The position numbers and the translations under genes were made by a program. The notes below the pieces were generated by a model. That model was not told the DNA's origin, made no database searches, and worked only from the letters and a program-made list of their open reading frames with translations. DNA of 64,000 bases from Alphaproteobacteria bacterium (lineage in GTDB: Bacteria; Pseudomonadota; Alphaproteobacteria; GCA-2731375), in the NCBI GenBank assembly GCA_965225945.1, contig CBDDBZ010000036.1, positions 352,001 through 416,000 of the forward strand, written 5' to 3'. Below are positions 48,695 to 60,570 of the stretch, in pieces; position 1 is the first letter of the stretch; each line of letters opens with the position of its first letter.

Positions 48695-48976
48695 TCCGGC
48701 GAGCCGAACGGGGGCCGACGTCGTGCCACCGGTGGCTGTCGTTCGCCCGTCGATTACACCGGTCGACGTCGCGAACCGATTTCGCGCGTGGAGCCGAAAG
48801 CCCGTGTTGAACAGTGCATGGGGCCGGGCATCGTGACAACTCTCAATAAACACAAGGGATATCGGCCGACGGCGACGATTTCTCTTTGACCCGAGCTTCG
48901 CGCGTCGCCTAAACTTGCCCGCGACGCGCAGAGCATGGCGTCACGTGGTCTTGGAAATCAACAGCAGGGGGCGACG

Positions 48977-49249
48977 GTGAACAAGAATGACTTGGTCGCG
49001 GCGGTATCGGCCACAGCCGATCTGACGAAAGCGGACTCGCAGCGGGCGGTGGATGCGGTGTTCCATCAAATCGGCGAGGCTTTGAAGGACCGCGCGGAAG
49101 TGCGGATCGTCGGCTTCGGGACATTTTCCGTGGCGAACCGGAAGGCGAGCCAGGGGCGCAATCCCCGAACCGGAGAACCGATCTTCATCCCGGCCTCGCG
49201 GCAACCGAAGTTCAAGGCCGGCAAGGCGTTGAAGGCGGCCGTGAACTGA
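48977..49249 (+). CDS. hupB: DNA-binding protein HU
   Basis: (M)NKNDLV...GFGTF...GRNPRTG...PKFKAGK; GTG start. Confidence 0.95.
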   Translation: MNKNDLVAAVSATADLTKADSQRAVDAVFHQIGEALKDRAEVRIVGFGTFSVANRKASQGRNPRTGEPIFIPASRQPKFKAGKALKAAVN

Positions 49250-49286
49250 TCCGGAGAATTCAGGGCGCGACCAGCGCGCCGTGATT

Positions 49287-49315
49287 GAAGCCGGCCCGCG
49301 TGGCCGGCTTCTTTC
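49287..49315 (+). terminator. intrinsic terminator after hupB
   Basis: GAAGCCGGCC-5-GGCCGGCTTC then TTTC. Confidence 0.7.
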
Positions 49316-49381
49316 GTTGTCTGCCTCCGCCTGGCGACGGTTTGCAATGTGCCATCACCTCCGCCATCTTGGTGCCGGCAC

Positions 49382-49458
49382 GGGCGGTTAGCTCAGTTGG
49401 CGAGAGCGTCCGGTTTACACCCGGAAGGTCGGAGGTTCGACTCCTCTACCGCCCACCA
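49382..49458 (+). tRNA. tRNA-Val(TAC)
   Basis: GGGCGGTTAGCTCAG...TT-TAC-AC...GGTTCGACTCC...CCA. Confidence 0.96.
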
Positions 49459-49564
49459 TTTTGGGTGCACGTTGTCGCCCCCAACCCGACGTGCGGGTTC
49501 CGTTTCGAGGCTTCTCCTCTCTCCTCCGCCAGGCGCTCATGAACCAAAAGTGTTGGGAGGCGAC

Positions 49565-50479
49565 ATGAGCGAAGGCTCGCCCGCACATCTCGAGACCGCC
49601 GTCATCGGCTTGGGCTCTATGGGTGGGGGCATCGCGCGCGCTCTGCTGCGCGCGGGGCTGCCGGTCTGGGGCTTCGACGTCGATCCCGCCCTGCAATCCG
49701 CATTTCGAGCCGCGGGCGGGCGGGCGGCATCGCGCTCCGAGGCGGCCAGGGCGGCCGACGTCGTGGTCATCGTCGTCGTGAACGCCGCGCAGCTCGAAAG
49801 CGTTCTCTTCGGCGAGGACGGCATGGCCGCCGAGATGCGTGCCGGAAGCCTCGTCGTCGTCTGTTCGACCGTGGCGCCCGAGGTCGCCCGGGCCATCTCC
49901 GCCCGGCTCGCCGAAGCGGATATCGACTATCTCGACGCGCCGATTTCGGGCGGGGCCGCCAAGGCCGCCGAGGGCGCGCTGACGGTCATGGCCTCGGGTC
50001 CGGAGCGCGCCTTCGCCACCGCCGCGCCCGTGCTCGGCGCCATGGCGCAAACCGTATTCCCGCTCGGGCCGGAGGCGGGACGGGCCTCGGCGATGAAGAT
50101 CGTCAACCAACTGCTCGCTGGTGTGCATATCGCCGCCGCCGCGGAAGCCGTCGCCTTCGCCCTCACCCAGGGCATCGAGCCCGCGGACGCGCTGGCCGTC
50201 ATCTCGCGTTGCGCCGGCACGAGCTGGATGTTCGAGAACCGGGTGCCACACATCGTCGCCGGCGACTACCGGCCGCGTTCGGCGGTCGACATCTTCGTCA
50301 AGGACCTGGCTATCGTCGCCGACGTGGCCCGAGCCGCCCGGCTGTCGACGCCATTGGCGCTCGCCGCTCTCGAACGCTTCCGCGCTGCCCATGATGCGGG
50401 TCTCGGGCGGGAGGACGATTCCGCCGTCGCCAAGATTTACGCCCGCGAGGCCGGCGTGGCGCTACCCGAGGGCGATTGA
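49565..50479 (+). CDS. ltnD: L-threonate dehydrogenase-like (beta-hydroxyacid dehydrogenase family)
   Basis: GLGSMG, VVVNAAQ, DAPISGGAAKA, KIVNQLLAGVHIA, SAVDIFVKDL. Confidence 0.8.
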   Translation: MSEGSPAHLETAVIGLGSMGGGIARALLRAGLPVWGFDVDPALQSAFRAAGGRAASRSEAARAADVVVIVVVNAAQLESVLFGEDGMAAEMRAGSLVVVCSTVAPEVARAISARLAEADIDYLDAPISGGAAKAAEGALTVMASGPERAFATAAPVLGAMAQTVFPLGPEAGRASAMKIVNQLLAGVHIAAAAEAVAFALTQGIEPADALAVISRCAGTSWMFENRVPHIVAGDYRPRSAVDIFVKDLAIVADVARAARLSTPLALAALERFRAAHDAGLGREDDSAVAKIYAREAGVALPEGD

Positions 50480-50522
50480 CGGCCGGCAGAGGTGGCGGAT
50501 CATACCGGGCGGCCGGGAGCAT

Positions 50523-50787
50523 TAGAGCACTTTCCGATCAGGTTGAATCGTTTGATGGGCCAAATCGGCCCCTGGGGCAGGCGCGCCGCGCCGCGCGATG
50601 TGGTTCATCGGGCAAGCGGCCGGGCGCACCCCAGGGGCCGAGTTGGCCCACCGACGGCCGGGTTCTTTCGCGCCGTGGCGGTGTTCCGCGCAGCTACCGA
50701 TACCCCGCATCGCCGTCGCGAGCGGAACGCCGCCACGACCCAAAATCATCCCGGTCAAACGTTTCAACCTGGTCGGAAAGTGCTCTA
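50523..50787. mobile_element. MITE with TA ends (IS630-type non-autonomous element)
   Basis: About 33-bp IRs TAGAGCACTTTCCGA(T/C)CAGGTTGAA(T/A)CGTTTGA; no coding capacity. Confidence 0.88.
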
Positions 50788-50815
50788 AATGCCCGGGGCG
50801 GAGAGACGAGGGGCC

Positions 50816-51903
50816 ATGGCTGCGCGCGCGCGACGGATCCGACTGCACATCAAGAACAACCGTGCGGGCGAAGAGGTGTTCTGGACCACGCCCCAGCACC
50901 TCGGCGCCGCGCTCGCCCGCCGACCCGAGGCGGCCCGCCTGCTCGACGTGCGGGCGAAGAGGTGTTCTGGACCACGCCCCAGCACCTCGGCGCCGCGCTC
51001 GCCCGCCGACCCGAGGCGGCCCGCCTGCTCGACCCGGTTATCGACTGGGATCTGGACAATTTCGACGCCTCGATGGCGACGGCGGACGGGCTCGTCACCT
51101 GGGAGCTGCCGAGGGAGGATCTCGGCCGCCGGGCGCCGAAGCTGAAATGGATCCATGTCATCGGCGCCGGGGTCGACCACTTGGCGCCGCTCGACTGGCT
51201 GCCGGCCGGCGTCACGCTGACCAACAACAGCGGCGTGCACCGGGAAAAGTTCGCCGACTACGCAACCATGGCGTTGCTGATGCTGTGGTGTGGCCTGCCC
51301 GGTTTCGTCTCGGCCCAGCGCGAGCGCCGGTGGGACCCGGTCTTCACCCCTCCGATCGCCGGGGCCGAGGCGACGGTCGTCGGCGTCGGCAAGATGGGGG
51401 GCGTCGTCGCGCGTCAGGCCAAGCGCCTGGGCATAACCGTCGTGGGGGTCCGCCGGACCGGCCGAGCGGCCAGAAACGTCGACGTCATGTATCCGGCGAG
51501 CCGGCTTCGGACCGCGCTTCGGGGCGCCGACATCGTCGCCGTGGCGACGCCGCTCACACCCGCGACCGAGGGGCTGATCGGCGCCCGCGAATTCGCCGCG
51601 ATGAAGCCCGGCGCGGGCTTCCTGAATGTCGGGCGGGGGCCCGTGATCGACACCTCCGCGCTCGTCGCCGCGCTGGAAAGCGGCCATCTCGGGGGCGCGA
51701 TCCTCGACGTCTTCGATGCCGAGCCGCCGCCCCGCACTTCGCCGCTCTGGCGCACGCCCAACCTGGTGATGACGCCCCACGTCGCGGCCGACGATTTGGA
51801 CAGCTATGTGCCCCGGACCCTGGATCTGGTGCTGGAGAACGTGGTCCGATTGGCCAACGGGCGCCCTTTACGCAACCGGGTGGATCCCAAGGCCGGTTAT
51901 TGA
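50816..51903 (+). pseudogene. D-2-hydroxyacid dehydrogenase, frameshifted by an 86-bp tandem duplication
   Basis: GAGVDH, GVGKMG, NVGRG, LDVF..EP, TPHVA. Removing one repeat unit gives a 333-aa ORF. Confidence 0.85.
50861..51032. repeat. 86-bp exact tandem duplication (50861-50946 / 50947-51032)
   Basis: Read directly. Confidence 0.95.
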
Positions 51904-53144
51904 TGGCGCCCGGACCGTCGCCCGGGCGAGGGACGCTCATCCTGGTCCCGTTCCTGATCTATGTGACGGTGGATTACGTCTTCCGCGTCAACAACGCCAT
52001 GATCGCGCCGGCCCTGGTGGTCGAGTTCGCGCTCGATCCTTCCGAACTCGGCTTCGTCACCGGCGCTTTCTTCGCTGCCTTCGCGCTGACGCAACTGCCG
52101 CTGGGCCTGGCACTCGACCGCTTCGGGCCAGGCGCGGTGGTGACGGCGTTGCTGGGCGTGGCGTTGTTGGGCGGCGGGGTCTACCTGTCGGCCACGGACA
52201 TGACGGGTCTGACGATCGGGCGGTTTCTGATCGGGATCGGCATGGCGGCCAGCCTGATGGGGGGCGTCAAGGCGGCGAGCCTCTGGTTCCCGCCGGAGCG
52301 CCTGCCGCAGATCACCGCGCTGCATGTGGCGCTGACCGGCGTCGGCGGCATGCTGGCGACCGGGCCGATGGCGACGGTGCTGGCCCTCGCCGGGTGGCGG
52401 GCCGTGATGGCGGGACTCTTATGTATCTGTGTCGTCGTGATGGTCCTGCTCCGCCTTTGGGTGCCCGGGGGCCGGGCGGCGCAACCCGCGCCCGGCCTCG
52501 CCACGCAACTCCGAGAATATCGGGACCTGCTGTCGAGCCTCCGTTTCTGGCACATGACGCCGGTCGTCGTTGCCGGAGTCGGCGTCGGCATCGGCTACCA
52601 GACGCTCTGGGCCAGCCTCTGGCTGCGCGACGTCGCGGGCTACGGCGATTTCGCACGGGCCTGGACGCTGTTCGCCATGTTCGCGGGCGTGCTTGTCGGC
52701 AATCTCGGCTTCGGCTGGTGGGTGCGGCGGCGGCTCGCGGTGGGGGCCGACATTTCCCGGGCGGCAATCGCCGGCTACGGGGTGATGATCCTGGCACAGC
52801 TCGCGCTGATCGCCATCGGCGGTGGCCCGGCGCCGGCGATCCTGTGGATTTCGGTGTCGCTCTTTTTCGCTTGCCCGATCGTCGGTTACGCCATCGTCGC
52901 CCAGGGCTTCCCGCCTTCGCTTTCGGGCCGCGTCGCCAGCGCCGTCAACGCCCTCGTCTTCGCCGCCGTCTTCGCCACCCAGTGGGCGAGCGGCGTGATC
53001 ATCGAAGCTTTTCCCCACGACCCGGCCGGCGGCTACGACCCGCTCGGCCACCGCGTCGGACTCGGCTGCGCCATCGCCGTGCAGACGCTCGCCTTGGCTT
53101 GGTTCTTGATCATCTCCCGGCGGCACAATCAGTCCGAAAACTGA
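51903..53144 (+). CDS. MFS transporter
   Basis: GLALDRFGPG motif A, about 12 TM; TGATG coupling with the upstream gene. Confidence 0.9.
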   Translation: MAPGPSPGRGTLILVPFLIYVTVDYVFRVNNAMIAPALVVEFALDPSELGFVTGAFFAAFALTQLPLGLALDRFGPGAVVTALLGVALLGGGVYLSATDMTGLTIGRFLIGIGMAASLMGGVKAASLWFPPERLPQITALHVALTGVGGMLATGPMATVLALAGWRAVMAGLLCICVVVMVLLRLWVPGGRAAQPAPGLATQLREYRDLLSSLRFWHMTPVVVAGVGVGIGYQTLWASLWLRDVAGYGDFARAWTLFAMFAGVLVGNLGFGWWVRRRLAVGADISRAAIAGYGVMILAQLALIAIGGGPAPAILWISVSLFFACPIVGYAIVAQGFPPSLSGRVASAVNALVFAAVFATQWASGVIIEAFPHDPAGGYDPLGHRVGLGCAIAVQTLALAWFLIISRRHNQSEN

Positions 53145-53222
53145 GTGTCACGCGACTTGCGCGGGGAAGGGTAGGGCGTTATGTTGCCGCGAAAATCGGC
53201 AAGGTATGATTCTGCTCAAATA

Positions 53223-54209
53223 ATGGCCATCCAGCTCGGACATTTACGGCTCGAAGATCGCGTGATCCTGGCACCCATGTCGGGCGTGACGGACGCGCCG
53301 TTTCGCCGTTTGGTGCAGCGCCTCGGGGGCGGCGTCGTGGTGACGGAGATGGTCGCCAGCTCGGGGGTGGTGAAGCAGAGCCGCGAGAGCCTGCGCCGGA
53401 TGCGCAACGACGGGGTGTCGGGCCCCCATATCGTCCAGCTCGCCGGCGCGGATCCCGAGGTCATGGCCGAGGCGGCGCGCCTCAACCAGGATCTCGGCGC
53501 GGACGTCATCGACATCAACATGGGCTGTCCGGCGAAAAAAGTAGTGGGCAAGCTCGTCGGCTCCGCCATCATGAAGGACGAAGCGCTGGCGCGCCGCATT
53601 CTGGAGGCGATACGCCGGGCCGTCTCGATCCCGGTCACGCTCAAGATGCGGGCGGGATGGGACCGCGAGCACCGCAACGCGCCGGCGCTCGCCCGGATCG
53701 CCCAGGACGTCGGCATCGCCATGATAACGGTGCATGGCCGGACCCGGGATCAAGGTTTCAAGGGTCGGGCCGACAGAACTTTCATATGTCAGGTGAAGAA
53801 TTCGGTGCAAATTCCTGTCATCGCAAATGGTGATGTCAATTCGCCTTCCGACGCGTTCAATATGCTTTCATCTTCGGGCGCGGACGGTGTCATGGTCGGT
53901 CGGGGCGTTTTCGGACGTCCATGGCTGATCGGGCAGATTTCCCGCGCCCTCGGCGGGGGCGACGGGCGTCGGGGGGCGCCCGCCAGGGCGGAGCGGCTGG
54001 CGATCGTCCTGGGCCACTACGAGGCGATGCTGAGCCATTATGGGCGGGAGATCGGCCGCCGCGTCGCCCGTAAGCATCTCGGCTGGTATCTGGCCCGGGA
54101 GGGCGTGGGCGAGGATCGGCGCCGGCGGATCCTGCGCGAGGACTCAGCCTCCCGGGTGATGGCCGAGCTCGGGGCCGTCTACCGCGAAGCCGAGAGCCGG
54201 GCGGCCTGA
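53223..54209 (+). CDS. dusB: tRNA-dihydrouridine synthase B (NifR3)
   Basis: LAPMSGVTD, DINMGCP, HGRT, ANGDV, GVMVGRG. Confidence 0.95.
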   Translation: MAIQLGHLRLEDRVILAPMSGVTDAPFRRLVQRLGGGVVVTEMVASSGVVKQSRESLRRMRNDGVSGPHIVQLAGADPEVMAEAARLNQDLGADVIDINMGCPAKKVVGKLVGSAIMKDEALARRILEAIRRAVSIPVTLKMRAGWDREHRNAPALARIAQDVGIAMITVHGRTRDQGFKGRADRTFICQVKNSVQIPVIANGDVNSPSDAFNMLSSSGADGVMVGRGVFGRPWLIGQISRALGGGDGRRGAPARAERLAIVLGHYEAMLSHYGREIGRRVARKHLGWYLAREGVGEDRRRRILREDSASRVMAELGAVYREAESRAA

Positions 54210-54213
54210 CGCC

Positions 54214-55316
54214 GTGGCCGGCCCTCGCGCATTGCCCGGGCACGGCGCCGAAATTTCCCTCGACGCGGTCTTCGCCTCGCTGCCCAATCCGGTTCTCGTC
54301 GTCGGCGCCGACGGGCGCCTGGTCGATCTCAACCCCGCCGCCGAGCAGTTCTTCCAGTCGGGCCGGACGCATCTCGTCGGCCACGCGCTGGAGGACCTCG
54401 TGCCCTATGGCAGCCCGCTCCTCCAAGTGCTGCGCCAAGCGGTCGAGGCGGCGATGACGGTGTCCGAGCACGAGGTCGATCTGGGCACGCCGCGAACCGG
54501 GGTCAAGCCGGCGAACATCTCGGTCGCGCCGATCATCGAGACGCCGGGCGCCGCCGTCATCGTCCTGCGGGAGACCTCCATCGCCAATCGCATGGACCGC
54601 CAGCTCAGCCATCGCGGCAGCGCCCGAGTGGTGAACGGCATGGCGGCGGTCTTGGCGCACGAGATCAAGAACCCGCTGAGCGGCATCCGGGGCGCGGCGC
54701 AACTGCTGGAGAGCGCGGTGCCGGCGGAAGAAAGGGTGCTGACGCGGCTGATCTGCGACGAGACCGACCGCGTCTGCGCGCTGATCGATCGCATGGAAAG
54801 CTTCTCCGCCGAGCCAGTGGCGCGCGACGCGGTCAATATCCACGAGGTGATGGAGCGGGTGCGGCGGATCGCGGAGGCCGGCTTCGCCGCCCATGTGGAG
54901 ATCGTGGAGCACTACGATCCCTCCCTGCCGCCGGTCCACGGCAACGCGGATCAACTGGTGCAGATATTCCTCAACTTGGTCAAGAACGCGGCCGAGGCGG
55001 TGCCCCGGACGGGCGGGAGGATCGTGCTCGCCACCGCCTTCCGCCATGGCGTCAGGCTCGCCGTCGCCGGCAGCCGCACGCCCCATCGCCTGCCGCTCGA
55101 GGTGACGGTGCGCGACAACGGCGGCGGCGTGCCGGAGGATTTGCTACCACACCTGTTCGATCCCTTCGTCACCACCAAGCGCGCCGGCACCGGCCTCGGC
55201 CTGGCGCTGGTGGCCAAGCTGATTCCTGATCACGGCGGCACGGTGGCCTGCGAATCCGAGCCCGCCAACACCCTCTTCCGGGTGCTGCTGCCGGTCGCGG
55301 AAGCAAGGCCGGGCGG

Positions 55317-55320
<4 letters not shown>
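54214..55320 (+). CDS. ntrB: nitrogen regulation sensor kinase
   Basis: [35 protein letters not shown]. Confidence 0.95.
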
Positions 55321-56759
<1,439 letters not shown>

Positions 56760-56831
56760 GGCAGATGTGCAACAGACTGTGCCTTCGCGGTCGCAGTCGG
56801 ATGCTTCGCTGGCGAGACCGGGACGACGAGA

Positions 56832-59141
56832 GTGGCGACGACGGACGGCGAGCCCCTGGTGAACGAGATCGCGACGCCGACGCGGTGCGCGAAATCGCGG
56901 CTGATGCGCCGTGCCGGCGCGTGGACCCGGCGGACGCGGCTCGCGGGCAAACTCGCCATGGTGCTGGCGGTGGCGGCGGGCGCCGCCGGCATCGCCACCT
57001 ACGCCGCCTGGACCGCGGCCGGTCCCCAGGGGCCGAACCCGAGGGTGGTGCTGGCCCTGCTGATCGTCGACTTGGTGCTGCTCCTGCTGCTGGGGGCCTT
57101 GATCGCCCGGCAGTTGACGCGGCTCTGGGTCGAGCGGCGTAGCGGTTCCGCCGGGTCCAAACTCCATGTCCGGCTGGTGGCGCTTTTCAGCGTCGTCGCG
57201 GTGGTGCCGGCGATCGTGACGGTGGTGTTCTCGGTGCTGCTGTTTCACCTCGGGGTGCAGACCTGGTTCAGCGAACGGGTGCACACCGCGGTCCGGGAAT
57301 CGCTCGCCGTGGCGGACGCCTATCTCGCCGAGCATCGAAACGTCATTCGCGGCGACGCGCTGGCCATGGCCAACGACCTCAACCGGGCGGCGCCGAACCT
57401 GGCCAGGCGGCCGCAACTCTTCAACTCCATCCTGCAGACCCAGGCCGCGCTACGCTCGCTCAGCGAGGCGACGGTGTTCGATTCCACCGGTCGGGTCATC
57501 GCCCGGACCTCGCTCTCGCTGGCCGCCGCCTTCGATCGAGTGCCGCTCAGCGTCATCGACCGGGCTCGGGAGGGCGAACTGCTGATCCTCGGCAAGGAAG
57601 GCGAGGACAGCGTCTACGCCCTGATCCGCCTGGATCGTTTCATCGACGCCTATCTGTACGTCGGCCGGTTTGTCGATCCGGTGGTGTTGGGCCATGCCGA
57701 ACGCACGCGGAACGTATTTTCCGAGTACGAGACGCTGGAAAGCATGCGGTCCGACATCCAGGTCACGTCGGTGCTGATCTTCATCGTCGTGGCGCTGCTG
57801 CTGTTGGTCGTCGCGGTCTGGTTGGGCCTGCATTTCGCCACCACCATCGTGCGTCCCATCGCCGGGTTGGTGATGGCGACGGAGCGTGTCCGGGACGGCG
57901 ATCTCACGGCGGTGGTGCCGATCACCGGCCCCGACGACGAGATCGGCACCCTCTCGCGGGCCTTCAACCGCATGACCCGACAGTTGGCCTCGCAACGCGA
58001 GGATCTGGTCGAGGCCAACCGCAAGCTCGACCGACGGCGGCGGTTCACCGAGGCGGTGTTGAGCGGCGTTTCCGCCGGCGTGATCGGCGCCGACCGGGAC
58101 GGCCGGATAAATCTTCCCAACCGTTCCGCCGCCGACCTGCTGGAGACCGATCTCGAGGAGATGAGCGGCCGCCGGCTCGATGAGGTGGCGCCGGAACTCG
58201 CGGCCCTGCTGGAGGAGGCGCGGAACCGGCCCGGCCGCGTCGTCGAGCGTCAGATCACCCTGATCCGGGGCGCGCGGCGCCGGACGCTCTACGTCCGCGT
58301 CGACACCGACCGGGCGCCGGCGCGCGATCACGGCGGCTTCATCATTACCTTCGACGACATCAGCGAACTCGTCACCGCCCAGCGCACCGCCGCCTGGGCC
58401 GACGTCGCCCGTCGCATCGCGCACGAGATCAAGAACCCGCTGACGCCGATTCAACTCTCGGCCGAACGGCTCAAGCGCAAATACAGCAAACAGATCCAGA
58501 CCGACCACGAGGTCTTCACCCGCTGTACGGACACCATCATTCGCCATGTCGGCGAGATCGGCCGCATGGTGGACGAGTTTTCCGCCTTCGCACGGATGCC
58601 CGCGCCGGTCATCCGGCGGGCGGATTTGGCCGAGCTCGTGCGCCAGTCGGTGTTCACGCGACAGGTGGCGCACGGCGGCATCGAGTTCGCGCTCGCCCTG
58701 CCCGAGGGCGCGGTCGCCGTCGACTGTGACGGGCGACAGATCGGCCAGGCGCTGACCAACGTGTTGAAGAACGCGGCCGAGGCGATCGAGGGCCGGGGCG
58801 ACGATGCGGCCGGGTCGGCGCTTGGACGGGTGGACGTGGCGCTCGTGGCCGACGCGGAAACGGTGACGATCGAAATCGCCGACAACGGCCGGGGGCTTCC
58901 CGAGGACGAACGGGAGCGCCTGACCGAGCCCTATGTGACGACGCGCAAGGAAGGTAGCGGCCTCGGCCTGGCGATCACCCAAAAGATCGTCGAGGACCAC
59001 GGCGGGCGCCTGGCGCTGGACGACCGGGAGGGAGGCGGCGCGGTGGTCCGCGTCGTCCTGCCGCGCCGACGCGCGGCGCGCACCGAAAGCGACGGCAACG
59101 ACAACCTGACGGAAATGGACGGGGTAGCCCATGGCTCGTGA
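56832..59141 (+). CDS. ntrY: sensor histidine kinase NtrY
   Basis: TMs, [34 protein letters not shown]. Confidence 0.95.
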   Translation: MATTDGEPLVNEIATPTRCAKSRLMRRAGAWTRRTRLAGKLAMVLAVAAGAAGIATYAAWTAAGPQGPNPRVVLALLIVDLVLLLLLGALIARQLTRLWVERRSGSAGSKLHVRLVALFSVVAVVPAIVTVVFSVLLFHLGVQTWFSERVHTAVRESLAVADAYLAEHRNVIRGDALAMANDLNRAAPNLARRPQLFNSILQTQAALRSLSEATVFDSTGRVIARTSLSLAAAFDRVPLSVIDRAREGELLILGKEGEDSVYALIRLDRFIDAYLYVGRFVDPVVLGHAERTRNVFSEYETLESMRSDIQVTSVLIFIVVALLLLVVAVWLGLHFATTIVRPIAGLVMATERVRDGDLTAVVPITGPDDEIGTLSRAFNRMTRQLASQREDLVEANRKLDRRRRFTEAVLSGVSAGVIGADRDGRINLPNRSAADLLETDLEEMSGRRLDEVAPELAALLEEARNRPGRVVERQITLIRGARRRTLYVRVDTDRAPARDHGGFIITFDDISELVTAQRTAAWADVARRIAHEIKNPLTPIQLSAERLKRKYSKQIQTDHEVFTRCTDTIIRHVGEIGRMVDEFSAFARMPAPVIRRADLAELVRQSVFTRQVAHGGIEFALALPEGAVAVDCDGRQIGQALTNVLKNAAEAIEGRGDDAAGSALGRVDVALVADAETVTIEIADNGRGLPEDERERLTEPYVTTRKEGSGLGLAITQKIVEDHGGRLALDDREGGGAVVRVVLPRRRAARTESDGNDNLTEMDGVAHGS

Positions 59142-60570
59142 TATTCTGATCGTCGACGACGAGGTCGGCATCCGGGAAATTCTCTCCGAAATACTGCAAG
59201 ACGAGGGATATGACACACGTATTGCTAGCGACAGCGAGGGCTTTCTCACCGCCATGGCGGCACGACGACCCTCGCTCGTCATTCTCGATATCTGGCTCCA
59301 AGGTAGCCGACACGACGGCCTGGAATTGCTCGACTTCCTGAAGCGCGAGCACGACGAGGTCCCGGTGGTCATGATCTCGGGGCACGGCAACATCGAAGCC
59401 GCGGTCTCGGCCATCAAGCGGGGGGCGTACGACTACATCGAGAAGCCCTTCGAGGCCGACAAGCTGATGCTCATCGTCGAGCGTGCGATCAGCGCGGCAC
59501 GCCTCGTGCGGGAGAATCGCGAACTCCGGAGCAAGGCCGTGCGCGAGACCGAGATCATCGGCCAGAGCGCGGCGATCAACGCCGTTCGCGCCGCGATCCA
59601 GAAGGTCGCCCAGACCCGCAGCCGGGTCATGATCACCGGCCCGGCCGGCTCCGGCAAGGAGGTCGTCGCCCGCCATCTGCACGCGCTGTCCGATCGCGCC
59701 GAGGGGCCATTCGTCGCCCTCAACGCGGCGATGCTGTCGCCGGAGCGGGTGGAGATCGAGCTGTTCGGCGCCGAGGAGGGCGGCAACGGCTCGGGCATGC
59801 ACCGGGTCGGCCTGTTGGAGCAGGCCCATGGCGGCACCTTGTTCCTGGACGAGGTCGCCGACATGCCTTACGAGACCCAGGGCAAGATCCTGCGTTGCCT
59901 GGTCGACCAGAGCTTCCAGCGGGTCGGTGGCGGCTCAAAGGTCGAGGTCGACGTCCGCATCGTGAGCGCCACGGCCCGCGACCTCCGCGTCGAGATCGGC
60001 CAGCACCGCTTCCGCGAGGATCTCTACCACCGCCTGAACGTGGTGCCGGTCGACGTTCCGGGGCTCGGCGAACGCACGGAGGACATTCCGTTGCTGGTCG
60101 ACTATTTCATGGCCCGCTCGGCCGAGATGCTGGGCCTGGCGGCGCGGCGGATCAGCGAGGAGGCGTTGGTGGCGCTGCAGAGCTATGGCTGGCCCGGAAA
60201 TGTGCGTCAACTCCGCAACATCCTGGAGCAGGTGCTGATCATGAGCCCGGCGGACACCGGCGAGGCCATCCGGGCCGAGATGTTGCCCCAGGAGGTGCGC
60301 ATGCCGACGCCGTCCTCGCTGTTGCCGAGCAACAACGAGGAGGTGATGTCGCTTTCGCTGAGGGAAGCGCGCGAGGTCTTCGAACGGCAGTATCTGATGG
60401 CCCAGGTCGGTCGCTTCGGCGGCAACATTTCCCGCACCGCCGAGTTTATCGGCATGGAGCGCTCGGCGCTGCACCGCAAGCTGAAGGCGCTGGGCGTGCA
60501 CCACCGCAACGCTAGCGGCAAGGGCCTCGCCACCGAGGCCGCGCCGGACCTGGTCCCGGCCGAGGCGTGA
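59131..60570 (+). CDS. ntrX: response regulator NtrX
   Basis: LDIWLQGS, ISGHGNIE, AAA+ lacking GAFTGA, MERSALHRKL. Confidence 0.96.
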   Translation: MARDILIVDDEVGIREILSEILQDEGYDTRIASDSEGFLTAMAARRPSLVILDIWLQGSRHDGLELLDFLKREHDEVPVVMISGHGNIEAAVSAIKRGAYDYIEKPFEADKLMLIVERAISAARLVRENRELRSKAVRETEIIGQSAAINAVRAAIQKVAQTRSRVMITGPAGSGKEVVARHLHALSDRAEGPFVALNAAMLSPERVEIELFGAEEGGNGSGMHRVGLLEQAHGGTLFLDEVADMPYETQGKILRCLVDQSFQRVGGGSKVEVDVRIVSATARDLRVEIGQHRFREDLYHRLNVVPVDVPGLGERTEDIPLLVDYFMARSAEMLGLAARRISEEALVALQSYGWPGNVRQLRNILEQVLIMSPADTGEAIRAEMLPQEVRMPTPSSLLPSNNEEVMSLSLREAREVFERQYLMAQVGRFGGNISRTAEFIGMERSALHRKLKALGVHHRNASGKGLATEAAPDLVPAEA

